A stretch of DNA of 64,000 nt from Candidatus Binatia bacterium (GCA_046327955.1 JAXLXP010000006.1:82977-146976); one strand, 5' to 3'. Counted from the stretch's first letter, positions 24,220-34,519 are shown. Notes: a model not told the origin generated them from the sequence alone. Program-made: numbers and translations.

Positions 24220-24462
24220 CTACTTCGGCATCAGCTCTTTGGCCTTCTTGAAGTGCTCGAGGGCCTCCTCGGTCATGCCGTCGTTGATCATCTTCACGCC
24301 CTCGTCGAACTCCTGCTTCACCTGGGTGACGTCCTTGCCGTCGGTCTGGGCCTTCTTGATGCCCTGCAGCAGCTCCTTGCGGAGCTCGGTGGCCGACTGC
24401 GCCCAAACGGGGGCGGCGACGAGGAGGCTTGCCACGGCGATGGCGGCTCGGGTTGTGCGCAT
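24220..24462 (-). CDS. Small secreted Lys/Glu-rich helical protein (hypothetical)
   Basis: 80 aa; signal peptide AIAVASLLVAAPVWAQS; charged helical remainder. Confidence 0.45.
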   Translation of the reverse strand: MRTTRAAIAVASLLVAAPVWAQSATELRKELLQGIKKAQTDGKDVTQVKQEFDEGVKMINDGMTEEALEHFKKAKELMPK

Positions 24463-24576
24463 GCCGGCGCTCTAACCCCGAGACCCGGGGGTGTGCAACC
24501 GACCCCGCATCCCTCACGTCCTCCGCGCAGAGCGCGCGGTGCCCCCCCCTTGAGACCGCCCTCGTCGACGTGGAAG

Positions 24577-25581
24577 ATGGAGGCCATGCGTGTCGGCGCC
24601 GGGGGGACGATACTGATCGGGGTGCTGGCGCTGGCCCTCGGCGGGTCGGGCCGCGCGTGCGCCGAGCCCGCGGGCGAGGACTCGCTCCGCGGCTGGCGCT
24701 ACCTCGTCGAGCACCTCGTCGCCGACGGGCTGCCGCGCGAGCGCGTCGAGGCCGTCTTCCGCGACCCGCGCGTCGAGCCGTTCACCGGCCTCGAGTTCTC
24801 CCTCGCGCCACGCGAGCCGCACTCGATGTACCGCGGCTTTCTCTCCGCGGGTGGCATTGCGCGCGCGCGGCGTTGCCAGGAGCTCCACCGCAACACGCTC
24901 GACGCTGCGGAACGCGACCGCGGCGTGCCGGCGGGGGTCGTCGCGGCGATTCTCACCGTCGAGTCGGGGTGTGGGCAGAACACCGGCTCGTGGGTGATCC
25001 TGCCGCGGCTCGCCCGTCTGGCGATGGCCGCGGAGCCGTCCAACCTGGAAGTCAACGTCGTGCGCCACCAGCGCCTCGCGCCGGACGAAACCGCCGCCGA
25101 GGTCGCGGATCGCACGCGCGCGCGGGGTCGCTGGCTCTGGGATACGTTCTACCCCGAGGTGCGCGCGACGTTCGCGCTCGCCGACCGGGTCGGAGCGGAC
25201 CCGCTCGACCTGCGCGGATCGATCTCGGGGGCGCTCGGGCTGCCGCAGTTCCTGCCGACGAGCGTGCTCGAGCACGGCCTCGACGGGAACGGCGATGGCC
25301 ACGTGAGCGTCTTCGACGCGGACGACGCGATCGCGTCGTGCGCCGATTACCTGGTGGCGAAGGGCTGGCGCCCGGAGCTGTCGGTCGCCGATCGACGGCG
25401 CGTGATCTGGGAGTACAACCACTCCGCAGCCTACATCGACACCGTCCTCGCGCTCGCGTCCGCGCTCGACGGCAGCGTCGCCACGGCGCCCCGCCGCGCG
25501 ACTCCGCGCCGCGTCGGTACGCCACGCGGCGCCACGCGGCGCCGCGATCGCGCTCGTTCCGTCGCGCGCCATCGGGCGTAG
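24577..25581 (+). CDS. Lytic murein transglycosylase (MltB/Slt35-like, SLT_2 family)
   Basis: 334 aa; signal/lipoprotein-like N-terminus; catalytic TVESGCGQNTG, GALGLPQFLPTS, DGNGDGHVSVFD. Confidence 0.75.
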   Translation: MEAMRVGAGGTILIGVLALALGGSGRACAEPAGEDSLRGWRYLVEHLVADGLPRERVEAVFRDPRVEPFTGLEFSLAPREPHSMYRGFLSAGGIARARRCQELHRNTLDAAERDRGVPAGVVAAILTVESGCGQNTGSWVILPRLARLAMAAEPSNLEVNVVRHQRLAPDETAAEVADRTRARGRWLWDTFYPEVRATFALADRVGADPLDLRGSISGALGLPQFLPTSVLEHGLDGNGDGHVSVFDADDAIASCADYLVAKGWRPELSVADRRRVIWEYNHSAAYIDTVLALASALDGSVATAPRRATPRRVGTPRGATRRRDRARSVARHRA

Positions 25582-25631
25582 GCCGCCCGCCCGCTCGCCC
25601 TCACGCGGCGCATTCGTTATGGTACGCCGCG

Positions 25632-26778
<1,147 letters not shown>

Positions 26779-26838
26779 GGCGGCGGGCTGGATCGCGGCG
26801 CGCGGGAGCAGCATCACCCCGAGCCACGGGGCGGGCTC

Positions 26839-28032
26839 CTAGCCGAGGGCCGTCGCGATCGTGGCGACGGCGTGCGTCGCCTCGGCGTCGGTGAGGACGA
26901 GTGGCGGAGCCAGACGCACGACCGTGTCGCGGTGCAGCGTCCAGTTGAGGATGAGGCCGCCATCCCAGGCGCGCCGAGCGAAGCGCGCGGTCGTCGCGGC
27001 GTCGGCGAACTCGAGTCCGAGCAGCATGCCGAGGCCGCGCACGGCGACGAGCCCGCCGCGGCCCACGAGGCGAGCGAGGTCGTCGCGCAGCCGGGCCCCG
27101 AGCGCCGCCGCGCGCGCGACGAGGTCGTCGCGCAGCAGCACCTCGAGCGCGGCCAGGCCCGCCGCGCACGATACCGGGTGGCCGCCGAACGTGGTCACGT
27201 GGGCGAGCGGCGGATCGTCGGCGAGCGTCGCCATCACGTCGCGTCCGCCGACGAAGGCGCCGAGCGGCAGGCCGCCGCCGAGTGCCTTCGCGAGCACGAG
27301 CAGGTCGGGCACGACGCCCCAGTGCTCGAAGGCGAAGAGCCGGCCGGTGCGGCCGAGGCCGGTGACCACCTCGTCGAACACGAGCAGCGCCCCGGCCTCG
27401 TCGCAGCGACGGCGCAGGGCGGTCATGAACTCGGCACGCGGGATGCGCACGCCTGCCTCGGCCTGCACCGGCTCGACGACGACGGCGGCGGTGCGGCCGT
27501 CGATCGCGCCGAGCGCGTCCGGGTCGTCGAAGGGCAGGAAGTGGACGTCGGGCAGCAGCGGCTCGAAGGGCGCGCGGTACACGGGGTTTCCGCCCACCGA
27601 CAGCGCCCCCATCGTGTCGCCGTGGAAGCCGCCGTCGAACGCGACCAGTCGCGACCGTCGCGTGTGCTTGCGCGCGGTCTTGAGCGCGCCCTCGATCGCC
27701 TCCGCGCCGCTCGACGTGAAGTAGACGACCGGCAGCGCGGGCGGCAGCAGGCGCGCGAGTCGCGTCGCGAGCTGCACCTGTGGCTCCTGCACGAACTCGC
27801 CGTAGACCATGACGTGGAGGTGGCGCTCGAGCTGCGCGCGCACGGCTGCGACCACCGCCGGATGCGTGTGCCCGACGTTGGCGACGCCCATCCCGGCGAG
27901 GAGATCCAGATGGGCCCGGCCGGCGGTGTCCCACACCGTCGCGCCGGCGGCGCGCGCGACGACGAGGCCCATCGGCACGGCCGAGGTCTGGCAGACGTGG
28001 CGGCGGAACAACGCGGTGAGATCGTCGCTCAC
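26839..28032 (-). CDS. Class III PLP-dependent aminotransferase (omega-transaminase / acetylornithine aminotransferase family)
   Basis: 397 aa from GTG 28032, which overlaps upstream luxC-like stop (GTGA); motifs FDEVVTGLGRTG, LAKALGGGLP (PLP Lys), TFGGHP. Confidence 0.85.
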   Translation of the reverse strand: MSDDLTALFRRHVCQTSAVPMGLVVARAAGATVWDTAGRAHLDLLAGMGVANVGHTHPAVVAAVRAQLERHLHVMVYGEFVQEPQVQLATRLARLLPPALPVVYFTSSGAEAIEGALKTARKHTRRSRLVAFDGGFHGDTMGALSVGGNPVYRAPFEPLLPDVHFLPFDDPDALGAIDGRTAAVVVEPVQAEAGVRIPRAEFMTALRRRCDEAGALLVFDEVVTGLGRTGRLFAFEHWGVVPDLLVLAKALGGGLPLGAFVGGRDVMATLADDPPLAHVTTFGGHPVSCAAGLAALEVLLRDDLVARAAALGARLRDDLARLVGRGGLVAVRGLGMLLGLEFADAATTARFARRAWDGGLILNWTLHRDTVVRLAPPLVLTDAEATHAVATIATALG

Positions 28033-29220
28033 GACGGCTCGACCTGGATCTGGGGTGGGGTCGGAAGGCCGACGAGCACGCGCAGTGGCGCCTGCTGCCC
28101 GCGCGGCCACGACAACGGTGGCTCTTGCATGTGTCCGGGCGCACACACGCGTGCCACGCCGAGGGCGCGCAGCGTCTCGACGTCGGGCGCGGCGCCCGCG
28201 AGGCCGACGCACTCCACACCGCCCCCGCGCAGCACCGACGGCAGCGCCGCCGCGTCGGCGAGCGGGTGGACGCGCACCGTGCGTCGCCCGCAGCTCGTCC
28301 GCAGCACGGGCCGTTCGTCGACGATGACCGTCCCGCCGGGCCCGGTGAGCACCGCGGCGCCCTCCCACTCGGCTTCGCCGCGGAGGCGCGCGACCGCCCC
28401 GCGCTCCTCGACCGACGCCGGGCCGAGGGGCAGCCGCGCCGCGAGCGCGTCGAGCGCCGCGTGCAGCGCCGCCGCGAAGCGCCCGGCGTCGCCCGCGACG
28501 TAGACCGCGTGCGGCGAGAGACAGCCGCGCTGGTCGTAGAGCGCGATGTCGCGTGCGACAGCCGGCGCATGGTGCTCGACGTGATCGCCCGCCAGGGCGA
28601 CGATGCTCACGCGGGTGCCGTGGCGCACGAGCGGGCGCGTCGAGCGCGCGCCGAGGCAGGCGAGCGTCGGATCGCGTTGCCGGTGGCGACCACGACGTCG
28701 GCGCGGGCGAAGGCCGCTCTTCCAGGGCGGCGTCGCCGCCGGGCCAGTAGACGGGGACGATCGTCGCCGCCAGCTCCGGGTCGACGGTGGCGAGCGCGCG
28801 CTGAAACGCGGGCGCCGACAGCGGATCGCGGCGTCCGGACTTGAGCACGACCGCGGCGCCGACGAGGCCTGCGAGCGCGATCGCCGGGAGCGCGAGCGCG
28901 GGGACGTTCGATGCCAGCACGTGTCCGACGAGCGCCGGCGCCGTGTACGCCGCGCCGTGCAGCTCGCGTTCCACGAGCGCCATCATGGCGTCGGCGTCGA
29001 GGGCCGCGGCGACGAGCGGCAGCGTCGCGGCGATCATCGGGCGCGAGAGTGCCGCGCGTTCCGGCAGCTCGGCGGCGAGCACCTCGTCGCGCTGCCAGCG
29101 TCGGGCGGCCTCGGCGAGGGCCACCGCCACGTCGCGCACGGCCCGGCCGGCGAGGCGGTTACGCGCCGCGACGGCACGGTCGACGCGGGCAGCCAGGGCG
29201 GCGGGCGTCTCGGACGTCAT
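28029..29220 (-). pseudogene. LuxC-like acyl-CoA (fatty acyl) reductase; reading frame interrupted by apparent frameshift(s) around 28600-28690
   Basis: N-terminal 170 aa (ATG 29220, YWPGGD motif) in one frame, ADVVVATGNAIRR in a second, C-terminal 190 aa with catalytic-Cys motif DQRGCLSP in the third (track ORFs 26839..29997 and 28029..28628). Confidence 0.55.
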
Positions 29221-30299
29221 GCTCCGGCGAGCTCCGCGAGGAGCAGGCCGCAGCCGCGCGGCGGCGCGCCGGCCGTACGTCCCAGCACCGCGATGCCGTC
29301 GTCGCCGACGGTGTGTCCGATGTCCTCCGTCAGCACCACCGCCACCGAGCCCGCGTTGGCGAGGTCGTGGTGGCAGAGGAGACCGTCCGTCCCCGCCGGG
29401 ACGGGCGCCAGCGTGTCGGGATCGAGCACGCGCGTGCGCAGCCACGGCGGTGCCACCAGGCGGCGCGGGGCGAGGCTGCGGCCCTGGAAGCGGTCCCAGA
29501 GCACGCTGTCGTAGCGCTGCGAGCAGAGCTCGGTCATCCCGTACTCGTTGATGCAATGATAGCTCGCCAGCCCGAGGTGCGTGTAGCACTCGCGGAAGAA
29601 GGCGCCGCGCGAGAGCGGACGGGCCATGCCCTTGGCGCCGCCCGTGTCCATCAGGCGACTCGGCGGGCCGAGGCGGAAGCGGCGGCCGGTCGTGCGGCAG
29701 GTCTCGAAGAGGCGCGCGAAGGCTGCGGTCGGCCCGGCCAGCAGTACGGCCTCGCCCGTCCGCTCGGCATCGGCGAGGCGGGTGCAGACCCGATCGATGT
29801 CCAGGCCGTCCGCATCGGCGAGCCATTCCGTCGCTGCGCCGGAGGCCTCGCCCACCCAGCCGCACATGTGTACGAGCGAGGAGTCGGGCCGCACCGCGGG
29901 CCCGGGCAGGAGCGCGAGCACGCGCGGGTGGAGCCCGTCGGGGAGCACGAACGTCTCGAACGCCGCCAGTGCCGAAGCGCGGTAGAGCGCGGCACACGGG
30001 ACGAGGTGCCGGCCGCGGGCCGCGCCGCCGCCGGTCGTGCCGCTGGTGCGGAACACGATCTCGGCTGCGCCGCAGGCGAGGTCGGCGCCGCGGAACGCGG
30101 CGGTCGGCACGGGTGGGACGTCCTCCCAGCGGACGACGGTCTCGGGGGTCACCCCGCGCCGGTCGCAGAAGGTCCGGTACGGGGGGTTGCGGTCGTACTG
30201 GTGGCGGAAGATGCGCAGCGCCCAGGGTTCGAACGGCGGGGCCGCACCGTCCTGCCGGAAGACCGCGATCTCCGCGGCAAGCTCGGCCTCGAGCGACAC
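29217..30299 (-). CDS. LuxE-like acyl-protein synthetase (adenylating enzyme, PF04443-like)
   Basis: 360 aa, GTG start; motifs IVFRTSGTTG, DTGGAKG, NEYGMTELCSQRY; stop overlaps luxC-like ATG (ATGA). Confidence 0.75.
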   Translation of the reverse strand: MSLEAELAAEIAVFRQDGAAPPFEPWALRIFRHQYDRNPPYRTFCDRRGVTPETVVRWEDVPPVPTAAFRGADLACGAAEIVFRTSGTTGGGAARGRHLVPCAALYRASALAAFETFVLPDGLHPRVLALLPGPAVRPDSSLVHMCGWVGEASGAATEWLADADGLDIDRVCTRLADAERTGEAVLLAGPTAAFARLFETCRTTGRRFRLGPPSRLMDTGGAKGMARPLSRGAFFRECYTHLGLASYHCINEYGMTELCSQRYDSVLWDRFQGRSLAPRRLVAPPWLRTRVLDPDTLAPVPAGTDGLLCHHDLANAGSVAVVLTEDIGHTVGDDGIAVLGRTAGAPPRGCGLLLAELAGA

Positions 30300-30489
30300 G
30301 GGGGGGAAGCTAGCCGTTCCCGGCCGACAAGGGAACCGGCGCGGCAGGAGGTTCTACGCTGCGCTCGTCCGCGCCGAACGGGCCTGCGATCGGGTCCCGC
30401 TGCCGCGCGGCGCAGGTCGGGCTCCTCGCGTCCGGGACGTGGCGAGGGTGAGCTTGCCGTGGCCTCCGCGACGGGCTACCCAGGACGCG

Positions 30490-30828
30490 ATGGCCACGAA
30501 GGAAGACCATTACGACCGGGCCGTCGACTGCGTCGCCGACGGCGACCTCGAGGGTGCGGTGAAGGCCTACCTCGACGCGATCGCCCTCGATGCCGGCTAC
30601 GCCGACGCCTGGGAGGGACTCGCGATCGCCTCCTCCAGCCTGGGCCGCCACCAGCAGGCGATCGACGCGGCGAAGCGGCTCGTCGACCTCACGCCGGAGG
30701 AGGTCCTCGCGCACACGACGCTCTCCCGCGTCTACCAAGCGGCGAACATGATCGCCGAGGCCGAGGAGGCCGGCGGCCGGGCGCGCATCCTCGACTGGAA
30801 GCGGCAGCTCAAGGAAGGCGGCGGGTGA
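30490..30828 (+). CDS. Small TPR-repeat protein
   Basis: 112 aa from ATG 30490; TPR-like AVKAYLDAIALDAGYADAWEGLAIASSSLGRHQQAIDAAKRLVDL. Confidence 0.55.
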   Translation: MATKEDHYDRAVDCVADGDLEGAVKAYLDAIALDAGYADAWEGLAIASSSLGRHQQAIDAAKRLVDLTPEEVLAHTTLSRVYQAANMIAEAEEAGGRARILDWKRQLKEGGG

Positions 30829-31088
30829 GCGCGGAGCGCACCGACGAGGAGATGGTGCGGAAGCTGATCGAGCGCAGCCGTCTCCTGATCGCGATCTCGG
30901 AGGAGATCCCCGTCGACACCAAGCTCCAGACCGAGCCGCTCCTGGGTCAGCTCGCGGCGCTGGTCGCCGATCCCGCGCCCGACCTCGACCGCGTGCGTGC
31001 CACGCACGCGCTGCTCGAGCGCGAGCTGGCGGCGTTCGAGGACTTGACCGCGCTGCTCGCCGCGATGCGGACGTTCCTGCCGTCGTGA
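30825..31088 (+). CDS. Hypothetical small protein (87 aa), translationally coupled between TPR and CoA-transferase genes
   Basis: GTG overlapping TPR stop (GTGA) and its stop overlapped by next GTG; no recognisable domain. Confidence 0.4.
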   Translation: MSAERTDEEMVRKLIERSRLLIAISEEIPVDTKLQTEPLLGQLAALVADPAPDLDRVRATHALLERELAAFEDLTALLAAMRTFLPS

Positions 31089-32269
31089 GCGCGCTCGCCT
31101 CGGTCCGGATCCTGGACGTCACCCGCTTCCTGGCGGGCCCGTTCTGCACGGCGATTCTCGCCGACCTGGGCGCGCAGGTCGTGAAGATCGAGAATCCCAA
31201 GGGTGGCGACGAGGGGCGCTACGGGTACCCCGGCAAGGACGGCGTGCCCGTGTTCTTCCACGCGCTCAACCGCAACAAGCGCGGCATCACGCTCGACCTG
31301 CGCCACGAGGAGGGCCGCGCGCTCTTCCGTCGCCTGCTGCCGCACTTCGACGTGGTGGTCGAGAACTTCGCGGGCGGCACGATGACCCGGCTCGGACTCG
31401 ACCCCGAGGCACTCTGCCGCGAGCACCCGCGCCTCATCGTCGCCAGCCTCTCCGGGTTCGGCCAGACGGGGCCGTGGGCACCGCGTGCCTCGTACGACAT
31501 CATCACGCAGGCGGCGAGCGGCTTCATGGGGCTCACCGGGTTTCCGGAGAACCCGCCGACGCGCGGCGGCGGCTCGCTCGGCGACTATGTCCAGGGCATG
31601 TTCGGCGCGATCGGGGTGCTCGGCGCACTCTTCGCGCGGACCGTGACCGGGCGGGGCCAGCGCGTCGACGTGTCGGCGCAGGACGCGATGTTCTCGCTCA
31701 CCGACTTCTGGACGACGCTCTTCGCCGCCACCGGCATCGCGCCGCGGCGGCTCGGCAACCGTCACCTCGCCGCCGCGCCCTACGACTGCTTTCGCGCGCG
31801 CGACGGGTTCGTCGCGATCGGCGTCGGCAGCAACAAGCTCTTTCGCCAGCTGATCGCCGCCTGTGGCCGCCCCGAGCTGGGCGACGACCCGCGCTTCAAG
31901 CATGCTACCGCGCGCCTCGAGCACGCGGACGAGATCAATGCCGTCGTGGCCGCGTGGGTCGCCGAACGCCGCGTCGACGACGTGACCGCCGCGCTCGACG
32001 CCGCCGACGTGCCGTGCTCGCCGGTCTACACGCCGGATCAGCTCCTCGAGCACCCGCAGCTGCTCGCGCGCGAGATGCTGCAACGCCTGGTGCATCCGGT
32101 CGCGGGCGAGCTGGTCGTCCCGGGCGTCGTGCCGAAGCTCTCGGACACGCCCGGCGACGTCCACTGTCTCGGGCCCGATCTGGGCCAGCACAACGCCGAG
32201 GTGTACGGCGAGCTGCTCGGCCTCGACGCCGCGGAGCTCGCGCGATTGCGCGCGGCGAAGGTGGTCTAG
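31085..32269 (+). CDS. CoA-transferase family III (CaiB/BaiF, formyl-CoA transferase-like)
   Basis: 394 aa; N-terminal VRILDVTRFLAGPFCTAILADLGAQVVKIE and catalytic Asp region typical of family III CoA transferases. Confidence 0.85.
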   Translation: MSALASVRILDVTRFLAGPFCTAILADLGAQVVKIENPKGGDEGRYGYPGKDGVPVFFHALNRNKRGITLDLRHEEGRALFRRLLPHFDVVVENFAGGTMTRLGLDPEALCREHPRLIVASLSGFGQTGPWAPRASYDIITQAASGFMGLTGFPENPPTRGGGSLGDYVQGMFGAIGVLGALFARTVTGRGQRVDVSAQDAMFSLTDFWTTLFAATGIAPRRLGNRHLAAAPYDCFRARDGFVAIGVGSNKLFRQLIAACGRPELGDDPRFKHATARLEHADEINAVVAAWVAERRVDDVTAALDAADVPCSPVYTPDQLLEHPQLLAREMLQRLVHPVAGELVVPGVVPKLSDTPGDVHCLGPDLGQHNAEVYGELLGLDAAELARLRAAKVV

Positions 32270-32270
32270 G

Positions 32271-32285
32271 TTTCGCCGGGCGAAA
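32271..32285. terminator. Short hairpin (TTTCG-CCGGG-CGAAA) between convergent genes; possible bidirectional terminator
   Basis: 5-bp stem/5-nt loop 2 nt after the CoA-transferase stop and 8 nt before the minus-strand gene stop. Confidence 0.3.
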
Positions 32286-32293
32286 GGCCCGCG

Positions 32294-32602
32294 TCAGTTG
32301 GCCGCGCCGCCGCCCGCGGCTGCCTTGTTGAGGTTCTTCTGGCACTCCTCGAGGCGGGTCTGTAGCACGACCACCTTGCCCTCGGTCTCGACGCGCTTGT
32401 TCTTCAACTCGAGGACCTGCGCCTCGAGCTGCGTCTTGACGTCGCGTAGCGCGGGAGCGCCCATCTCACCCGAGCCCCACTGGACCCAGGCGGCGAAGAA
32501 CCCGAAGCCGAAGGTCACCGCGAGCACGATCACACGGAGGGTCCACTGCCAGACGGCCTCCTGGACCTGCTTTTTCGCTTCCTCGTCCTCGAGTGTAGCC
32601 AC
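32294..32602 (-). CDS. Small bitopic membrane protein with periplasmic coiled coil (FtsB/FtsL-like septum-formation-initiator candidate)
   Basis: 102 aa from GTG 32602 (RBS AGGAGAAAGGGGA); one TM (LRVIVLAVTFGFGFFAAWV) then heptad-like LEAQVLELKNKRVETEGKVVVLQTRLEE. Confidence 0.4.
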   Translation of the reverse strand: MATLEDEEAKKQVQEAVWQWTLRVIVLAVTFGFGFFAAWVQWGSGEMGAPALRDVKTQLEAQVLELKNKRVETEGKVVVLQTRLEECQKNLNKAAAGGGAAN

Positions 32603-32687
32603 GGCGCTCCCCTTTCTCCTGCTGTGCCGGCTGCAATAGCCCAACCTCGCGCACGGGGTAAAGGGGGGCGACCGGCGGTGTCGGGGG

Positions 32688-33218
32688 TCAGCTCAGCGAC
32701 GCGGCCCGCTGCGTCGCGAGGTATTCGTGCAGGAGCCGCGGTGCCCGGCGGAGCGCATCGTGGAAGTTCCGGAACGCCGCCTCGCGGACCCACTCGCCGC
32801 CCACCCAGGCGTCGAACGAGTTGTCGCCGCCGAGGCGGATCTCGATCAGGCGGTCGAGGGCCCGACCTCCCTTCGCGATCGCGCGCACGGACTGCCCGGA
32901 GTCGACGAGCACGCCTCGGGCGTCGGGCGGCAGCCGCAGCGCGGCCCGGACCTTGGCGAGGCGGTCGGGGTGGAAGCGCTCGCGCGGCAGGAGGTAGAGC
33001 ACCACCCACTCGCCGGGTGTGGTTTCGATCTCGTCGAACCACTTGAGGTTGGAGTCCGTGAGGCGGCGCTGCGCGCGGTCCTGCTCGAAGTCCTCGCCCG
33101 CGCGAAAGAATCGGCCGCCGAATTTCGCGGCGGGGCGCTCACTGGGCGTGCCGCTGCCGCCGCCCTGGTCGACCCACCAGCGGTTCTCGATCTTCGGTCG
33201 ATCGCCCTGGCCGCCCAC
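32688..33218 (-). CDS. Hypothetical protein (176 aa)
   Basis: 3' portion of track ORF 32688..34610; in-frame GTG 33218; consistent codon usage; no domain recognised. Confidence 0.45.
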   Translation of the reverse strand: MGGQGDRPKIENRWWVDQGGGSGTPSERPAAKFGGRFFRAGEDFEQDRAQRRLTDSNLKWFDEIETTPGEWVVLYLLPRERFHPDRLAKVRAALRLPPDARGVLVDSGQSVRAIAKGGRALDRLIEIRLGGDNSFDAWVGGEWVREAAFRNFHDALRRAPRLLHEYLATQRAASLS

Positions 33219-33276
33219 GGCGGCGAGCCTATGCGAGCGTTGCTCCTGCCACAAGCTCGGGGTATGTCCGCCGCAC

Positions 33277-34077
33277 ATGGGAGCGTGGCGGCCGTTCGAG
33301 GGGGAGTGGGGGTTGGTGCTGGGAGCGTCGAGCGGCTTCGGCGCCGCGATCGCCCGCGCGCTCGGCCGGCACGGCATGGGCGTGCTCGGCGTGCACCTCG
33401 ACCGCAAGGCCACGCTGCCGATGGCCGAGGCCGTCGTCGCCGATGTGCAGGCCGTCGGCTCGGAGGCGCACTTCTTCAACGTCAACGCGGCCGACGCGGA
33501 GAAGCGCCTGCCCGTGTGCGAGCGCGCTGCCGAGCTGACCGGCGGAAAGCCGCTGCGCACCGTCGTGCACTCGCTCGCGTTCGGTACGCTGCGCCCGTTC
33601 GTCTCCGAGGACCCGAGCCAGCAGACCACCAAGGCCCAGCTCGAGATGACGCTCGACGTGATGGCGCACAGCCTCGTGTACTGGGTGCAGGACCTCTGGG
33701 CGCGGAAGCTCGTCGGGGCGGGCACGCGGATATTCGCCATGACCAGCGCGGGCGGTGCTCGCGTCTGGCCCGCGTACGGCGCGGTGTCGGCGGCGAAGGC
33801 GGCGCTCGAGGCGCACGTCCGGCAGCTCGCGTGCGAGCTCGGACACGCGGGCGTCGCGGTGAACGCGCTGCGTGCGGGCGTCACGGACACGCCGGCGTTG
33901 CGCAAGATTCCCGGCGCCGAGGTGCTGCTCGGCGAGGCCCAGCGTCGCAATCCCGGGGGGCGTCTCACGACACCGGAGGACGTGGCGGGCGCGATCGTCG
34001 CGCTCTGTCTGCCGGGGACGCGCTGGATCAGCGGGAACGTGCTGGGCGTGGACGGTGCCGAGGACGTGATCGCGTGA
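33277..34077 (+). CDS. Short-chain dehydrogenase/reductase, enoyl-ACP reductase (FabL/FabI-like)
   Basis: 266 aa; Rossmann GASSGFGAAIARAL; catalytic YGAVSAAKAALE (Y-x6-K). Confidence 0.8.
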   Translation: MGAWRPFEGEWGLVLGASSGFGAAIARALGRHGMGVLGVHLDRKATLPMAEAVVADVQAVGSEAHFFNVNAADAEKRLPVCERAAELTGGKPLRTVVHSLAFGTLRPFVSEDPSQQTTKAQLEMTLDVMAHSLVYWVQDLWARKLVGAGTRIFAMTSAGGARVWPAYGAVSAAKAALEAHVRQLACELGHAGVAVNALRAGVTDTPALRKIPGAEVLLGEAQRRNPGGRLTTPEDVAGAIVALCLPGTRWISGNVLGVDGAEDVIA

Positions 34078-34519
34078 CGTCGCGCTTGCGGCGCGCGCGG
34101 CTCACACCCACCACTGCCAGCGTTCGGGAGCCGCCGTTCGCCGCCACGCCACGCACCCACTTGTAGGCGAACGTGTCGGCCTTGCGCTCGGCGTCGGACC
34201 AGAACACGTAGTGCCCGAGCTCGTGGTAGACGGTGTTGATCCACTGGCGCTCGGTGTTGTACTTGCGCCCGCGCTTCCAGTTCTCCGGGTGCACGAGGTG
34301 GATGCGGCCGTCTTCGTAGCAACGGCCCGCCGTCTTGCCCCAGTCGAGGTACTCGAACCAGTCGACCTGCGGCGTCTTCAGGTGGAAGAAGCGGCTCAGG
34401 ATCCCCACGGCCCGCCGGAAGTCCCAGAGGTGGTAGTCGCGGAAAAATCGCGTCAGCAGCGCGTCGACGACGGCTCGCTCGCGTAGGGTGGGGAGGATCA
34501 TTCGCATGGTGTTCGTCAC
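34028..34519 (-). CDS. Putative HExxH zinc metallopeptidase (SprT/DUF45-like)
   Basis: 163 aa, GTG start with GAGGGGG RBS; motif VYHELGHYVF. Confidence 0.45.
   Translation of the reverse strand: MTNTMRMILPTLRERAVVDALLTRFFRDYHLWDFRRAVGILSRFFHLKTPQVDWFEYLDWGKTAGRCYEDGRIHLVHPENWKRGRKYNTERQWINTVYHELGHYVFWSDAERKADTFAYKWVRGVAANGGSRTLAVVGVSRARRKRDVTRSRPRHRPRPARSR

Noticed and set aside
26779-26838. Short hairpins (CCCCG-AGCCA-CGGGG / GAGCC…GGCTC) between convergent prfB and the aminotransferase
   Set aside because: Only 5-bp stems with no U-tract. Too weak to call a terminator with confidence.
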